Origin: a virus
Direction: 5' to 3' (one strand)
IMG/VR virus record: IMGVR_UViG_3300009709_000005
Coordinates: 1 to 60,276 of that record
Length of the DNA stretch: 60,276 nucleotides
Numbering within the stretch: the stretch's first letter is position 1; each line of letters begins with the position of its first letter. Below the pieces are notes generated by a model, which did no database searches, was not told the DNA's origin, and was given only the letters and a program-made list of their open reading frames with translations. Shown here piece by piece: positions 60,076 to 60,276 of this stretch. The position numbers and the translations under genes are program-made.

Positions 60076-60276
60076 GGGATTTTCCTTTAATGGAGGCGTC
60101 GATGGCAGTGTCTAGCTCTTCATTCCAAAGGCAGTAACTGTCGCTGTCGTTGAAACCGATGGTTATGTTTCGTTTGCCCGGACTACGGTTTACAAGATCA
60201 CGCAACCACCGATACCTCTCCGCATCCCGCTGATCCCCCGCCAAGGCTGACTCGATGACTTTGGCGGCGGCGCGGG
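60068..60276 (-). CDS. 3' part of the wrap-around Lar-like ORF (60154..60276 duplicates 1..123)
   Basis: The same reading frame as 1..331 continues ..ITIGFNDSDSYCLWNEELDTAIDASIKGKSHE then TAA at 60068-60070. Confidence 0.6.
   Translation of the reverse strand, partial: RAAAKVIESALAGDQRDAERYRWLRDLVNRSPGKRNITIGFNDSDSYCLWNEELDTAIDASIKGKSHE
60154..60276. repeat. terminal redundancy / circular-closure overlap, copy 2 (identical to 1..123)
   Basis: Exact 123-bp duplicate of the window start. Confidence 0.95.

Noticed and set aside
1-60276. Temperate lifestyle (integrase, CI/Cro switch, attP).
   Set aside because: No recombinase-like ORF and no repressor/antirepressor pair were recognised. The palindromes are not arranged as a CI/Cro-type tripartite operator at a divergent promoter.

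Overview
The window is one complete, GC-rich dsDNA phage genome. I sampled GC by eye only, at roughly 60% or more in most coding DNA. Bases 1-123 are identical to bases 60154-60276, and an ORF reads straight through that junction, so the unique length is 60,153 bp (circular closure or terminal redundancy). No integrase, repressor module, tRNA, CRISPR array or reverse transcriptase was recognised.

The genome has two divergent arms. They start from a control region at about 26.4-26.9 kb and meet head-on at 59171/59172.

- **Leftward arm** (26412 down to 1, wrapping to 60153..59172). It begins with many small early ORFs grouped behind sigma70-like promoters. A replication/recombination module follows:
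  - Topo VI-A/Spo11-like protein
  - DUF932-like protein
  - HNH nuclease
  - GT-A glycosyltransferase
  - DEDDh exonuclease
  - family A DNA polymerase
  - Cas4-like nuclease
  - VRR-NUC nuclease
  - SNF2 helicase
  - SSB-like protein
  - AEP primase fused to an SF3 helicase
  - MazG-like protein
  - Lar-like protein
- **Rightward arm** (26861..59171). In order it encodes:
  - two small proteins followed by a terminator
  - terS, terL and the portal protein
  - a low-GC fibre-like cassette
  - a lysis cassette (holin candidates, GH19 endolysin, overlapping spanins)
  - scaffold, major capsid and a repeat-containing head protein
  - a second fibre-like set
  - putative ejection/internal proteins, including a lytic transglycosylase and a 2393-aa giant protein

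  No tail tube, sheath or tape-measure gene was recognised, so the layout looks podovirus-like.

The observations most worth a second look are:
1. A class-3-type (WCT) LAGLIDADG intein splits the catalytic D-x-K motif of the Cas4-like nuclease.
2. A 16-bp perfect palindrome, TATCTGAATTCAGATA, occurs seven times. Six copies lie 5' of the SD/start of leftward modules (13-31 nt from the ATG for five, 104 nt for the sixth), and several terminator-like hairpins have no downstream promoter. Together these suggest an operator-based or nut-like antitermination circuit.
3. A stand-alone Spo11/Topo VI-A-like protein.
4. A repeat-dense, iteron-like 0.7-kb non-coding region.
5. A giant HExxH-containing virion protein.

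All product calls rest on motif recognition and gene context. No database search was run.
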